Program-made: the position numbers and the translations under genes
Part shown: in pieces, positions 27,246-36,585 of the stretch
How the letters are laid out: every line of letters starts with the position of its first letter
Numbering within the stretch: the first letter of the stretch is position 1
From: a virus
Strand: one strand, 5' to 3'
Length of the DNA: 64,000 nucleotides
Virus record (IMG/VR): IMGVR_UViG_3300043436_001797
Location: 1 to 64,000 of that record
Notes under the pieces: model-generated
Told to the model about the DNA's origin: nothing
The model's input: the letters and a program-made list of their open reading frames with translations, nothing else
Database searches by the model: none

Positions 27246-27390
27246 AAAACAAATGATTAAGCGCAAAGATGGATCCTACAGTCAACGAGGACTGTGGGAT
27301 AATATCCGCGCTAACAAAGGTTCTGGTAAGAAACCTACCAAGCAAATGCTAGAACAAGAAAAGAAAATTAAATCAAAAACCAAAAAGTAA
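27232..27390 (+). CDS. 52-aa Lys-rich protein (not in the ORF track)
   Basis: MAASKKQMIKRKDGSYSQRGLWDNIRANKGSGKKPTKQMLEQEKKIKSKTKK. Confidence 0.7.
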   Translation: MAASKKQMIKRKDGSYSQRGLWDNIRANKGSGKKPTKQMLEQEKKIKSKTKK

Positions 27391-27602
27391 TGGCTGCTAA
27401 AAAGTCAACCAGTAAAAAGTCTTCCCCTGTGGTATCTATGTCATCTAAAGCAGAGATGCGTAAGTGGGAGGTAGAATCTGCTATGAATACACTTCGTAGA
27501 GCAGATGAAATCCGTAAGGATGCTAAGATGATGGGTGATGTAAAGAAACTTGCACAAGAGCAAATTAAAATGTTAGGTGGTATTGCTAACCCTAAAAAGT
27601 AA
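27390..27602 (+). CDS. Small Lys-rich protein
   Basis: TAATG coupling; contains KMLGG. Confidence 0.7.
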   Translation: MAAKKSTSKKSSPVVSMSSKAEMRKWEVESAMNTLRRADEIRKDAKMMGDVKKLAQEQIKMLGGIANPKK

Positions 27603-27847
27603 TGGCAAAGAAAGTTAAAGTAACAGCGGGTGGTGAGAAGCATGTAGTCTATAAGAAGACTACTAAACGCGGTAAAGGAGAACCCGGTGATATTATGGTG
27701 AACCACCCTACCAAAGATAAAGGTAAGTGGGATACCATAAACCTAACTAAGATTGGTAGAGCAAAGACAGTAGCAGAAGGTGTAGCATCCACTAAAAAGT
27801 GGCACAAGGATAACCCTGATTACAAGTACAAAAAGAAGAAAAAGTAA
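27602..27847 (+). CDS. Small Lys-rich protein
   Basis: TAATG coupling; poly-K tail. Confidence 0.7.
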   Translation: MAKKVKVTAGGEKHVVYKKTTKRGKGEPGDIMVNHPTKDKGKWDTINLTKIGRAKTVAEGVASTKKWHKDNPDYKYKKKKK

Positions 27848-27848
27848 T

Positions 27849-28097
27849 ATGGCAAAGTCACCTGCATGGCAAAGAAAAGAGGGTAAGTCACCAAGTGGTG
27901 GACTTAACGCTAAGGGTAGAGCTTCCTACAATAAGGAAACAGGAGGTAACCTTAAAGCACCACAACCTGAAGGTGGTTCTAGAAAGAAGTCATTTTGTGC
28001 AAGAATGTCCGGGATGAAAAAGAAGCTTACTTCTAGCAAAACAGCTAATGATCCAGATAGCAGGATTAATAAAGCTTTGCGTAAGTGGAAATGTTAA
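27849..28097 (+). CDS. Small basic protein (DUF6321-like)
   Basis: SPSGGLNAKGRASYN..RKKSFCARM..KW; family recalled from aquatic phages, not searched. Confidence 0.65.
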   Translation: MAKSPAWQRKEGKSPSGGLNAKGRASYNKETGGNLKAPQPEGGSRKKSFCARMSGMKKKLTSSKTANDPDSRINKALRKWKC

Positions 28098-28114
28098 TGT
28101 AAATTAGTAATACT

Positions 28115-28330
28115 ATGGCAAAGAAATCAAAGTCTCCATTACCAAAAAAACTACTTGGTGGAGGTGGTAAAGAAGACAAGTATAGCGGATTAGGATTTAA
28201 TCCTGCTGCTCCTGGAATGTTTAATATGGGTAAAAGGACAGCAGCTCTTGGAGCTTATGTGAGTAAGAACGGTATACCCGGAATGAAAAAAGGTGGTTCT
28301 ACTAAATCTAAAAAAAGAAATGAAAAGTAA
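28115..28330 (+). CDS. Small Lys/Gly-rich protein
   Basis: KLLGG and MKKGG motifs. Confidence 0.65.
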   Translation: MAKKSKSPLPKKLLGGGGKEDKYSGLGFNPAAPGMFNMGKRTAALGAYVSKNGIPGMKKGGSTKSKKRNEK

Positions 28331-28499
28331 ATGCATGCAGTGCGGTGGCGCTAAAAAAATGAAAGCAGGTGGTGCTAGTGAATCCTTTAAAAAACTTGCA
28401 CCTCCTTATGATAAAGCTACCTATGCTGATAAAATTGCTGGCGCTAAAAAGAATGCCGGTACAATGAAAAAAGGTGGTGCTGTAAAAAAGAAGAAGTAA
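28320..28499 (+). CDS. Small Lys-rich protein
   Basis: ATG at 28320; MKAGG and MKKGG motifs. Confidence 0.65.
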   Translation: MKSKCMQCGGAKKMKAGGASESFKKLAPPYDKATYADKIAGAKKNAGTMKKGGAVKKKK

Positions 28500-28810
28500 T
28501 GAAAAAGAAGCTTAAAAAATATCAGTCACAGGGTGAAGTTAAACGCAAGGGGTACATGACTCCTGTTGCTCCAAAAGATACCACTGGCTACGGAAGTGCA
28601 GCTGACAGAATAAGAAAAGCGCTTGAAAAAAGAGACCCAGGTTTTTATAAAACTCCTGAAAGTGTAGGAGGAAAATCAGGAAATATTGATCCTAAGTTTG
28701 CGATAGATCCTAAAAAAGTAGGTGCTAAGTCTGGTGATATTGATCCAGGATTTAACAAGAGTGTGCCTAAGAAAAAGTTAGGTGGCACAAATAAAAAGAA
28801 AAAGAAGTAA
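28499..28810 (+). CDS. Lys-rich protein starting LKKYQSQGEV
   Basis: GxKSGxIDP repeated; contains KKLGG. Confidence 0.7.
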   Translation: MKKKLKKYQSQGEVKRKGYMTPVAPKDTTGYGSAADRIRKALEKRDPGFYKTPESVGGKSGNIDPKFAIDPKKVGAKSGDIDPGFNKSVPKKKLGGTNKKKKK

Positions 28811-28974
28811 TGGCAAAAGATAAAAAGTGGATTCAAAGCGCTACTGCTAGCATCAAGCGTAGAGGTACAGAGGGAGTCTGCACCGGATCTAAATTTGGTA
28901 GCTCATCTTGTCCCGCTGGTAGCAAGAGATACAATCTTGCTAAGACTTTTAGAAAGATGGCTAAGAAAAAGTAA
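28810..28974 (+). CDS. 54-aa basic protein (not in the ORF track)
   Basis: MAKDKKWIQSATASIKRRGTEGVC...RYNLAKTFRKMAKKK. Confidence 0.7.
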   Translation: MAKDKKWIQSATASIKRRGTEGVCTGSKFGSSSCPAGSKRYNLAKTFRKMAKKK

Positions 28975-28995
28975 TCTATAAATTCTATATATAAA

Positions 28996-29190
28996 ATGAA
29001 AAAGTATATGACAGGTGGTGTAGCTAATCCTAATACAAAAGCTACAGTTCAGAAAGTAGCTGGTTCAAAAGGTGCAGGTACTACTAAATCTACCAAAGCT
29101 ACTGTAGATAAAAAAGCAACTGGTAGAACAGGTGGTGGTAACAAACCCGCTTCTGTTGAGCCTAAGAGCAAGAAGAAAAACGTTAAGTAA
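28996..29190 (+). CDS. Small Lys/Thr-rich protein
   Basis: Starts MKKYMTGG; TKATV repeated. Confidence 0.65.
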   Translation: MKKYMTGGVANPNTKATVQKVAGSKGAGTTKSTKATVDKKATGRTGGGNKPASVEPKSKKKNVK

Positions 29191-29894
29191 TGTTAAACAG
29201 TACCCTTAGATTAAAGATTCAACAGCGGTTAAACAAACTCGCTAGTCAGGACTACGATAATATCGAGTGCTGGCAAATTGTTGAAGCTTTTAATAAAGCT
29301 CAAATCGAATGGGTACGTAGACAAATCATGGGTCGTAATGCTGCGCAAGCAGGTGCAGAACAAACTGTACGAAAGATTGATGATTTGCAAAACTTGCTTA
29401 CACCACTTTCCCTTACTTCATTAAACGCGGGAGACTACTATTTAACCAATCCTCTACCAAATAACTATCTAGAGTATCACAAGCTAGACATAACAGCTAC
29501 AAAAGACTGCTGTACAGATCCAAAAGATCTTATAGTTTATTTGGTTGAGGAGGTTAATAGCAGCGTTCTTCTTAGAGATGAGTTACGCAAACCAAATTTT
29601 GAGTGGGCGGAGACTTTTTGCACAGTTGTAAATAATGCCATCAGAGTATATACAAACGGTGAGTTTGAAATAAGAGATGTTACTCTGATGTATTATAGAC
29701 AACCTCGTCGTATAGCAATTGCTAACTGCGGTGATCCATATACCGGTGCAATAACTACGACAGATGTAGAATGCGAGTTTCGAGATGATATTGCTGAAGT
29801 ATTGGTTGACGCTGCTGCATCTATATTAGCAGCTGACATAGAATCATTTAGTCAGTATACTCGTACTTCACAACAATCAGAAACTAATACATAA
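29190..29894 (+). CDS. Tail ring/adaptor protein
   Basis: LNKLAS..FNKAQ..YYRQP..EVLVDAA pattern typical of crAss-type ring proteins; gene order. Confidence 0.6.
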   Translation: MLNSTLRLKIQQRLNKLASQDYDNIECWQIVEAFNKAQIEWVRRQIMGRNAAQAGAEQTVRKIDDLQNLLTPLSLTSLNAGDYYLTNPLPNNYLEYHKLDITATKDCCTDPKDLIVYLVEEVNSSVLLRDELRKPNFEWAETFCTVVNNAIRVYTNGEFEIRDVTLMYYRQPRRIAIANCGDPYTGAITTTDVECEFRDDIAEVLVDAAASILAADIESFSQYTRTSQQSETNT

Positions 29895-29896
29895 TT

Positions 29897-30346
29897 ATGG
29901 AAAATAATGTTTTAAGAAGATCCCTTAAGACTGGATCACAACAATCACAGAGCGCGTCTTCTAGCAGCAAAGGTGCTGACATGGGGAAACTTGTTTCAGA
30001 ATTTTTGGAAGCAGTAACTTCTGTGCATAAAGCTCATCTTAAAATTACAGGTCCTGGTTCATATGCTGCACATACAGCAATGGGTGCATTTTATGATGAA
30101 ATCGGAGATCTTGCTGACTCTATTGCTGAGTCATACCAGGGAGTAACCGAGACGCTGTTAAATATTCCAGCTACTCAACAAGCTTCCTTTACTAGTGCGG
30201 GAGACTGCGTAAACTTCTTGAATGACCTCTACCAAAAGGTGGATGCTGCTCAAAAAGCTTGTGCTTATTCTGAGATTATTAATGACTTAGACAATGTCAA
30301 GTCACTGATTAACGGCACTAAGTATAAACTAATTTTCTTGAAATAA
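29897..30346 (+). CDS. Ferritin/Dps-like four-helix protein
   Basis: H..HL..GSYAAH..FYD..D.IAE.YQG..KYKL.FL. Confidence 0.7.
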   Translation: MENNVLRRSLKTGSQQSQSASSSSKGADMGKLVSEFLEAVTSVHKAHLKITGPGSYAAHTAMGAFYDEIGDLADSIAESYQGVTETLLNIPATQQASFTSAGDCVNFLNDLYQKVDAAQKACAYSEIINDLDNVKSLINGTKYKLIFLK

Positions 30347-30418
30347 TTTGGAAGTTCTAAAAGGATTTCCTATATTAACTATATATTTTTGTTTGTAACC
30401 CTTTAATTTTTTAAAACA

Positions 30419-31771
30419 ATGGCTTATTTTAATCATGCCTTTCACAAAGTGTTTTTAGCAACAAATGCTACTGACGCTTATGTTACTACAGGTAATGCTC
30501 GTGCTCTTTTACCTGCTCAAGTTGGTTTTTATGCTGCTCCAAACAAAGGAGTAACTAATAACAACACTCCAGATGCTTTGGTTGTCCCTGGTACTAACGA
30601 CTGTCCACTTGTTTTGGCGCAAGGTTCTATTTACGCTAGCGACAAAATTGGTCCTTTCCACGGAGGATACAAAGAAACTTCAAAATCAAAAATCATCAAT
30701 CCTAAGTATGTAACAGGATTTTGGAGAGTTAATGCTTGTGGTATTCGTCAAGAGTCTATTTCTGTTGGAACAACCTTTGACACTACTACTGCGACAACTA
30801 TTTCTCCTTGCACTGAGGGTGCTGATTTTGAATTTAAATGTGGGGAGACTTACTACCTTCGCGTAGATATCAAAGGTTCTCCAGCACTTCGCTACCTTTC
30901 TAGAAATGACTATTTTACAGCTAGTGCTTATACTGGTTGCTGCGATGAAAATAATACTCCAGCTAATCCTTTGCTTGTTTATATTAACTGGGCATATCAG
31001 TTGTTGAATTCTCCTTTGACGAATCCTTTCATCAGAATTAGAATTCAATACGGTGCTGCTGGTGCTAATACTTTGAATCCTGCAGGATTGGTAACAGCTA
31101 ACTGGTTTACATCTGCTGCTGCTGACTTGCAAATTTTGAATAACTACATTACTGGAGCACTTGCTATTCCTAGCGCAACTATTGCTGGATTTATCATTCA
31201 GGGTGCTTATGTAGACACTCAGTTCGGTGACTGTACTTTCTACCCAAATGATGCTTTGCAAGCTTACTTGGAGCCAGTTAAGTTGTATGCATCTATGGTT
31301 GACTACAATGGTGATCCATGTGCATTTACAGGTATTTGCGTAAGAAATAGCTGTCTTGGTCGTCAAGGTATGGGTTATGGTGAAAGCATTGTTCGTCGCT
31401 TGATTTTGTCAGAAGGATATGCTCAGTCTCCTTTCTATACTGGACGTGATCTTCGTATTCGTGAGATTACCCAAGGTTACAATGTTACTGATGCAATTGA
31501 CCGCGGACTTGCTACAACTGCTCAATACGACAGCGTATTTATTCAGCATAGTGTTCCACGTTTCAACAATCCTACTGGTACATTTGACAATGATCAGTAT
31601 TTGTTGGAAATTGTATTCCCAACAGGTAGTGCAGATGCTACAACATTCTGTACTAACGTAGGAACTTGGTTGACTGATAACGGTAGCGCTTGTATCCTTG
31701 AAGCAGGTTCTGCAGAGCTTTATGCTTGTGCAGATAACAGTGCTATATGCGATAACGCAGCTTTGGATTAA
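30419..31771 (+). CDS. Abundant structural protein (auxiliary capsid-like)
   Basis: Capsid-type leader, its own terminator, biased codons, gene order. Confidence 0.55.
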   Translation: MAYFNHAFHKVFLATNATDAYVTTGNARALLPAQVGFYAAPNKGVTNNNTPDALVVPGTNDCPLVLAQGSIYASDKIGPFHGGYKETSKSKIINPKYVTGFWRVNACGIRQESISVGTTFDTTTATTISPCTEGADFEFKCGETYYLRVDIKGSPALRYLSRNDYFTASAYTGCCDENNTPANPLLVYINWAYQLLNSPLTNPFIRIRIQYGAAGANTLNPAGLVTANWFTSAAADLQILNNYITGALAIPSATIAGFIIQGAYVDTQFGDCTFYPNDALQAYLEPVKLYASMVDYNGDPCAFTGICVRNSCLGRQGMGYGESIVRRLILSEGYAQSPFYTGRDLRIREITQGYNVTDAIDRGLATTAQYDSVFIQHSVPRFNNPTGTFDNDQYLLEIVFPTGSADATTFCTNVGTWLTDNGSACILEAGSAELYACADNSAICDNAALD

Positions 31772-31786
31772 TATTTGACTAATAAT

Positions 31787-31823
31787 AAAAAGGGAGAGGG
31801 AGTTATACTCTCCTCTCCTTTTT
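31787..31823 (+). terminator. Intrinsic terminator
   Basis: AAAAAGGGAGAGGGAG-TTATA-CTCTCCTCTCCTTTTT. Confidence 0.75.
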
Positions 31824-31836
31824 AATTTATATACAC

Positions 31837-32397
31837 ATGGATAAACATCAGTTAGCTTTAGATATCCCCGATACACTATCAGGTTGTATATTTCGCGTAG
31901 TTGACGCTAGTATTTATAGCTCAGCTGGAGTAGTAGATTGTACTAGATTGGATATAACTCCTCCCGGATTTACATCTCCATTCTATATGTCTAACTTAGA
32001 GACTGGTTTTATTGCAAACCTTACCGCTTGCAATATTGGTCTGCAGACGGCTAACTGTGGGAATACCTACAATGACTTTGCAGATGGTGTCTACAATGTC
32101 AAGTATAGTATTAATGATAGTCCTGATGTATATGTTGAATACAATCATTTAAGAATTACTTCTGCATTAAATCAGATAAATGATTTACTTTGTTGTTTAA
32201 ATTTGCAAGCATGTGACCCACAAGGTCCTGTAAAAGATAAACTAAAAGAAGTTCAATTGCTTGACACTTTTTTAAAAGCAGCTAAAGCAAAAGTAGAATA
32301 CTGCAATAGTATAGATCAAGGTATGGATATGTACAGATATGTAGTAAAGAAATTAAACAAACTTGCTTGCGGCTGCGGTTGTTCATCATGTAACTAA
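31837..32397 (+). CDS. Tail-hub-like structural protein
   Basis: DGVYNVKYSI motif and helical C-terminus ending CGCGCSSC; gene order. Confidence 0.5.
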   Translation: MDKHQLALDIPDTLSGCIFRVVDASIYSSAGVVDCTRLDITPPGFTSPFYMSNLETGFIANLTACNIGLQTANCGNTYNDFADGVYNVKYSINDSPDVYVEYNHLRITSALNQINDLLCCLNLQACDPQGPVKDKLKEVQLLDTFLKAAKAKVEYCNSIDQGMDMYRYVVKKLNKLACGCGCSSCN

Positions 32398-32412
32398 TTA
32401 AACCAATATATT

Positions 32413-32556
32413 ATGTCACAGTGTCCAAATTGCGGAGCAGCTATGAGCTGCGGATGTCAAAAGAAAGTACTTTCTAATGGTAAAATAGGATGTACTAAAT
32501 GTGTTAATCAAACTTCTACAGCAGAGGCAAAAGAAACTGAAACTAAGAAAGAATAA
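32413..32556 (+). CDS. 47-aa Cys-rich protein (not in the ORF track)
   Basis: MSQCPNCGAAMSCGCQ..GCTKC; TAAACCAA leader and TAATG coupling. Confidence 0.7.
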   Translation: MSQCPNCGAAMSCGCQKKVLSNGKIGCTKCVNQTSTAEAKETETKKE

Positions 32557-35354
32557 TGGCAACAAGATCGTATGTTTTAGCAACAGGGGCTAATTATTTA
32601 AAAGTATCTGATGATCAGGGGTTGACATGGGAAACCATTACCCCCTCAGGTTATCCGTCAAATCTTGCAAATATTACCTCTATTGCAGCTAGTACTTTTG
32701 ATCCTTACAAAGCTCTTATAACATCATCTAGTGAAGGACTATGGTCTACAACAGATGGTGGTGTTTCTTTTACCCAAGTTCCTGGAACCGGAGGTGTTTC
32801 ACTTTACTCAGTAAATTATCTTGATGGTGTTAGAATTGTAGCAGTTGGTTCAGAAGTATACCGATCTTTTAATGGAGGTACATCATTTACATTAACTGGC
32901 GTAACTCCTGCATCTTTATATGGATCCTCAGGACCAAACATATATTTTAGAAATGTACATTTTGGTTCAAACTTTATAGGGTTTGCCTCTATTTTTGATA
33001 AAATCTATAAGACCTATAACACAGGTCTTACTTGGGAATCCACTAATAGTAATGCAGCTATTGTAGCCGGAAAGTTTGTTGTTGGAATTATACATCTGAA
33101 TGATACTAATGTTGTTATTGCTCTTGTTGAGGATAGCGGTGTGTATGTTTCATTAGATGGGGGTATTAGCTTCTCTCTTTCAACAGCAACACCAGTAATA
33201 GATCTTAATACTAGTTTTATATCAACAGCGGGTCAAAGTGCAGGTACATGGATAATTGATTCTAATCAAGATATTTACTACAGTTCTGGTAGTGGTCTTG
33301 GATATACTTTAGTAGGTAATTATCCTTTTGGCGCTCCTTTAGAACAAGCTGTATTTGGTTTCAGTGGTTCAAATGCTATATTTATTGGTGCTGGTATTAC
33401 TAGCGCATCTACTACTATTCACACAACACAAAATGGTGGTGCAACTTTAAATGAAGAAGCAAATTACACAGGTATTGCAAAAGCATTATCATCCACACTT
33501 GACTATGAGTGTGGTGAATGTCCTGGTAAATCTGATTTTAACCCTCAAACAGGGTTTTGTGAAGACACTGAATTAGCAGGACCTATATGTCCTCCTGGTT
33601 ATATATATGACCCTGTTGCTAATACTTGTACTGGACAAGGAGCTGAAGGATCAATTGATATAGTAGTTTCTAGAGATAATTCTGGATCTGTATTAAGTAA
33701 TAGCAATTATTGTTCTTATACAAATGGTTCAGAATGGGGTCAAATGAACGCCATGCTGAGCGATGTTGTAGTTGGTTTGTCTGCAGGATTATCTGCAGGA
33801 ACTACTCAAATTGCTGTTGGTGACTGGTCTAGTTGCGGAGCTGCTGGTAACCAATCTACTATTGTTCTGGGATTAACAAGTAATGAGACAAGTATTAATA
33901 ACGCTATTTGTGCAGCTCGTAGTTATAATGGAGGTACTTGTCAAACAATAGGTCTTTGCGCTGCCTATAATGAACTTATAAATGGTAGCACAGCAAATCC
34001 GTCAGCTGAAAAGATGTTAATTTTAGTCACTGACGGAAAACCGAGGATATCAGATCCGTGTTCAGTTCTACCATATCCCGCTAGCTCTGGTATAGGTGAT
34101 TTTGCAGACGCAGAAAATACAAGATCTTTAGCTGAGCAAATTAAACAACAAGGTGTAAGATTAGTACTTGTTGTTTTAGGTGAACCTGACGAAAGACAAG
34201 ATGTCTATGACAGTTTGGTACAACCTATTGGGAACACCTATCTTAGTAGTCAGTTGACATATCCTCCCGTACCTAGTTTAGATGACAATGGTAATCTTCT
34301 TTATTTTGAATCTGATTTTACTAATTCCCAAGCACTTGTTCAAAATATTATAAATAGCCTTACTACTGAAGTAACTATACCTGCACCCACTTGTGAAAAT
34401 TGCACTATATATGTTGATCCTGGTGATGGTACAGCATATTTTCAGTCTAATGTGCAGTATGATTTTATCCCATGTTGCTATAAACTAAGTAGCTGTGATA
34501 GTGCTACTGAAATTTATTCTAATACAGATCTTTCTCAGTATGATGGACAAGTTGTAAATATTGCTGGACAGGAAGGATGTTTTTCCATATCTCAACTTAG
34601 TTCAGTATGTATAGAAGATGCTCAGGAGGTTACTGTTACAACAGTTTATGGAAGTTGTGAAACATGTCTTCCATCTTTTAAACTATATAACTGTAAGGAT
34701 ACTAATATATCAATTCAGACATCTAATACACAGTTTGAAGCACTTTTAGGAAAAACTGTAAAGCTTGTTGAATATCCTGGTGACTGCTGGCAAGTAGGAC
34801 CAAATAGCGAAAAAACATTACCACTAGAACCCTTAACACCTAGTGGTGAACCTTTCCAGACATGTATTGAGTGTGATCCAAAAGAGTATGGTTTGACAAA
34901 TTGTGTTAATGGGGTATCTGTTGCGTCCACTGTTGATCTTTCAGCATATGTGGGTAAGGTTATAAAAGCGGATAACTTTCCAGGACTTTGCTTTACAGTA
35001 GAGGAAAATCCTTGTGATTGTTTAAAGATAACTATTAATGGACAGGTTTATAACATTGACAGAGAGCAGAACCTTTTCAATGGAAAACCTTACTTTCAGT
35101 TTATAACAGCAAGTCAGCTATCTATTGTTTTGGCATATGACAGCAATGAAACAAGATGGGAGGTTTATAATCCAGAAACACAAGCTATCTATTTTTATTC
35201 TAACTTGAATATAGAATGCCCGATAACAAGTGTATGGGAAAGAGTAGATCCTAATTTTCCAGGAAATATTACCACTGAAGCGTGTCCATTGCCTATATTG
35301 AATATATCTGTAACAGAAGAATTTGCTAGTTGTGAGCCTTGTGTAAATTGTTAA
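32556..35354 (+). CDS. Multidomain adhesin-like protein: Asp-box propeller, vWA domain, Cys-rich repeats
   Basis: Asp-boxes SDDQGLTW, TTDGGVSF, SLDGGISF; MIDAS DNSGS..GGT..VTDG; Y.L.NC..DLS.Y.G.V repeats. Confidence 0.75.
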   Translation: MATRSYVLATGANYLKVSDDQGLTWETITPSGYPSNLANITSIAASTFDPYKALITSSSEGLWSTTDGGVSFTQVPGTGGVSLYSVNYLDGVRIVAVGSEVYRSFNGGTSFTLTGVTPASLYGSSGPNIYFRNVHFGSNFIGFASIFDKIYKTYNTGLTWESTNSNAAIVAGKFVVGIIHLNDTNVVIALVEDSGVYVSLDGGISFSLSTATPVIDLNTSFISTAGQSAGTWIIDSNQDIYYSSGSGLGYTLVGNYPFGAPLEQAVFGFSGSNAIFIGAGITSASTTIHTTQNGGATLNEEANYTGIAKALSSTLDYECGECPGKSDFNPQTGFCEDTELAGPICPPGYIYDPVANTCTGQGAEGSIDIVVSRDNSGSVLSNSNYCSYTNGSEWGQMNAMLSDVVVGLSAGLSAGTTQIAVGDWSSCGAAGNQSTIVLGLTSNETSINNAICAARSYNGGTCQTIGLCAAYNELINGSTANPSAEKMLILVTDGKPRISDPCSVLPYPASSGIGDFADAENTRSLAEQIKQQGVRLVLVVLGEPDERQDVYDSLVQPIGNTYLSSQLTYPPVPSLDDNGNLLYFESDFTNSQALVQNIINSLTTEVTIPAPTCENCTIYVDPGDGTAYFQSNVQYDFIPCCYKLSSCDSATEIYSNTDLSQYDGQVVNIAGQEGCFSISQLSSVCIEDAQEVTVTTVYGSCETCLPSFKLYNCKDTNISIQTSNTQFEALLGKTVKLVEYPGDCWQVGPNSEKTLPLEPLTPSGEPFQTCIECDPKEYGLTNCVNGVSVASTVDLSAYVGKVIKADNFPGLCFTVEENPCDCLKITINGQVYNIDREQNLFNGKPYFQFITASQLSIVLAYDSNETRWEVYNPETQAIYFYSNLNIECPITSVWERVDPNFPGNITTEACPLPILNISVTEEFASCEPCVNC

Positions 35355-35364
35355 AATAAAAGAA

Positions 35365-36561
35365 ATGACCAGTTCCTGTATATGTGTAACTCTGAATAGT
35401 TGTCTAACCGGGCAACCTGTTTACTATTATACTTGTAAGCAGTCATCTGCGCAAACTGTTTTTATTACGGGATTAGCTCAGGGTCAGTTAATTGAGATTA
35501 ATGATGCAGCTAACTTTCCTGAGACATATTACACTTTCCAAAGTTTTTGTTCAATTCCTGGTGCACCATCTCCAGAATGTACAACATGTACTAATGCATC
35601 TAATAGAATAACAGATGACGCAGGACTCTCCATAAACTTTTGGATTAAGTCTAATCAAGCAACATGTCCTACAGACGATCCTTACAACGATGTATATGTA
35701 CTAACAAACTGCTTAGCAAATGTTGTTGTATCTAATGTAGATACTATTGTAGACTCTCCGCAACTAGCTTTAGTTACTTCAAGCAATCTGTTTCTATATG
35801 TAAACATGATTGTGAAAATAGAAGGTTATGATGACAACTGCTATGAGGTTTCTGGACCATTTACTCCTGGTGAAGGAGCATCACTTCGTCCTGCATATAC
35901 AATAGTTGATGCATATAGCACTTGTGAGTGTTGTTTACCACCTCCACCGCCTCCCGGTTGCTGTGAAATACCTAAGTATACACAGAAACCTGCTAAAGAT
36001 TTCTTTAGAATAACAGTATCTGATGCTGAGATTAAAGCAAATACAAACTTTGCAAACAACTATTACAAGTTGTTTATGGGTATTAAGCATGGTGTGCATA
36101 GTTGCTGCACAGGTATAGATTATGATAAACTCTGGATAGACAAAGAAATTGCTGATCTAGAAAGTATAAACTATAGTACTTGTCAGGTAATTCTTCCTAC
36201 TCTATGTGTATTTGTTACTGGAAACGATATCTGTGGTTCTCAGGTTGCTACTTATAATGATTTCATTAACGGAAAGTGGTCATTTAAGTTTACTAGAGCT
36301 ACTGGTATAAATGGTATAATTTACTGGGATATTCAGAATAGTTACTGGGTGATTGAAAATGAAGATACAGGTGTGATAGCAGCTAAACTGTTGATTAACA
36401 GTGACTATCCTATTGGTACAAATGACCAATGGGTACTTGTAAATAAGTCAGCGTGTCTATCACCTGACTGTGGTTTATCTACATGGACTGTAGACTGTTC
36501 TTACTATGATGCAGATCCATGTGACAATTGCAACGAACCACAAAATGTTGTAGCAGAATAG
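35365..36561 (+). CDS. Cys-rich structural protein sharing modules with 32556..35354
   Basis: YVLTNC..VKIEGY..CY repeat and INGK..W domain. Confidence 0.65.
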   Translation: MTSSCICVTLNSCLTGQPVYYYTCKQSSAQTVFITGLAQGQLIEINDAANFPETYYTFQSFCSIPGAPSPECTTCTNASNRITDDAGLSINFWIKSNQATCPTDDPYNDVYVLTNCLANVVVSNVDTIVDSPQLALVTSSNLFLYVNMIVKIEGYDDNCYEVSGPFTPGEGASLRPAYTIVDAYSTCECCLPPPPPPGCCEIPKYTQKPAKDFFRITVSDAEIKANTNFANNYYKLFMGIKHGVHSCCTGIDYDKLWIDKEIADLESINYSTCQVILPTLCVFVTGNDICGSQVATYNDFINGKWSFKFTRATGINGIIYWDIQNSYWVIENEDTGVIAAKLLINSDYPIGTNDQWVLVNKSACLSPDCGLSTWTVDCSYYDADPCDNCNEPQNVVAE

Positions 36562-36585
36562 AAAAATAATTAGTATATTAAAGAT

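Noticed and set aside
30686-31876. Long antisense ORFs (226 and 155 aa) and similar shadow ORFs such as 22066..22545 and 25284..25667
   Set aside because: They lie opposite well-supported genes and show reverse-codon S/I/T bias, so they are likely artefacts.
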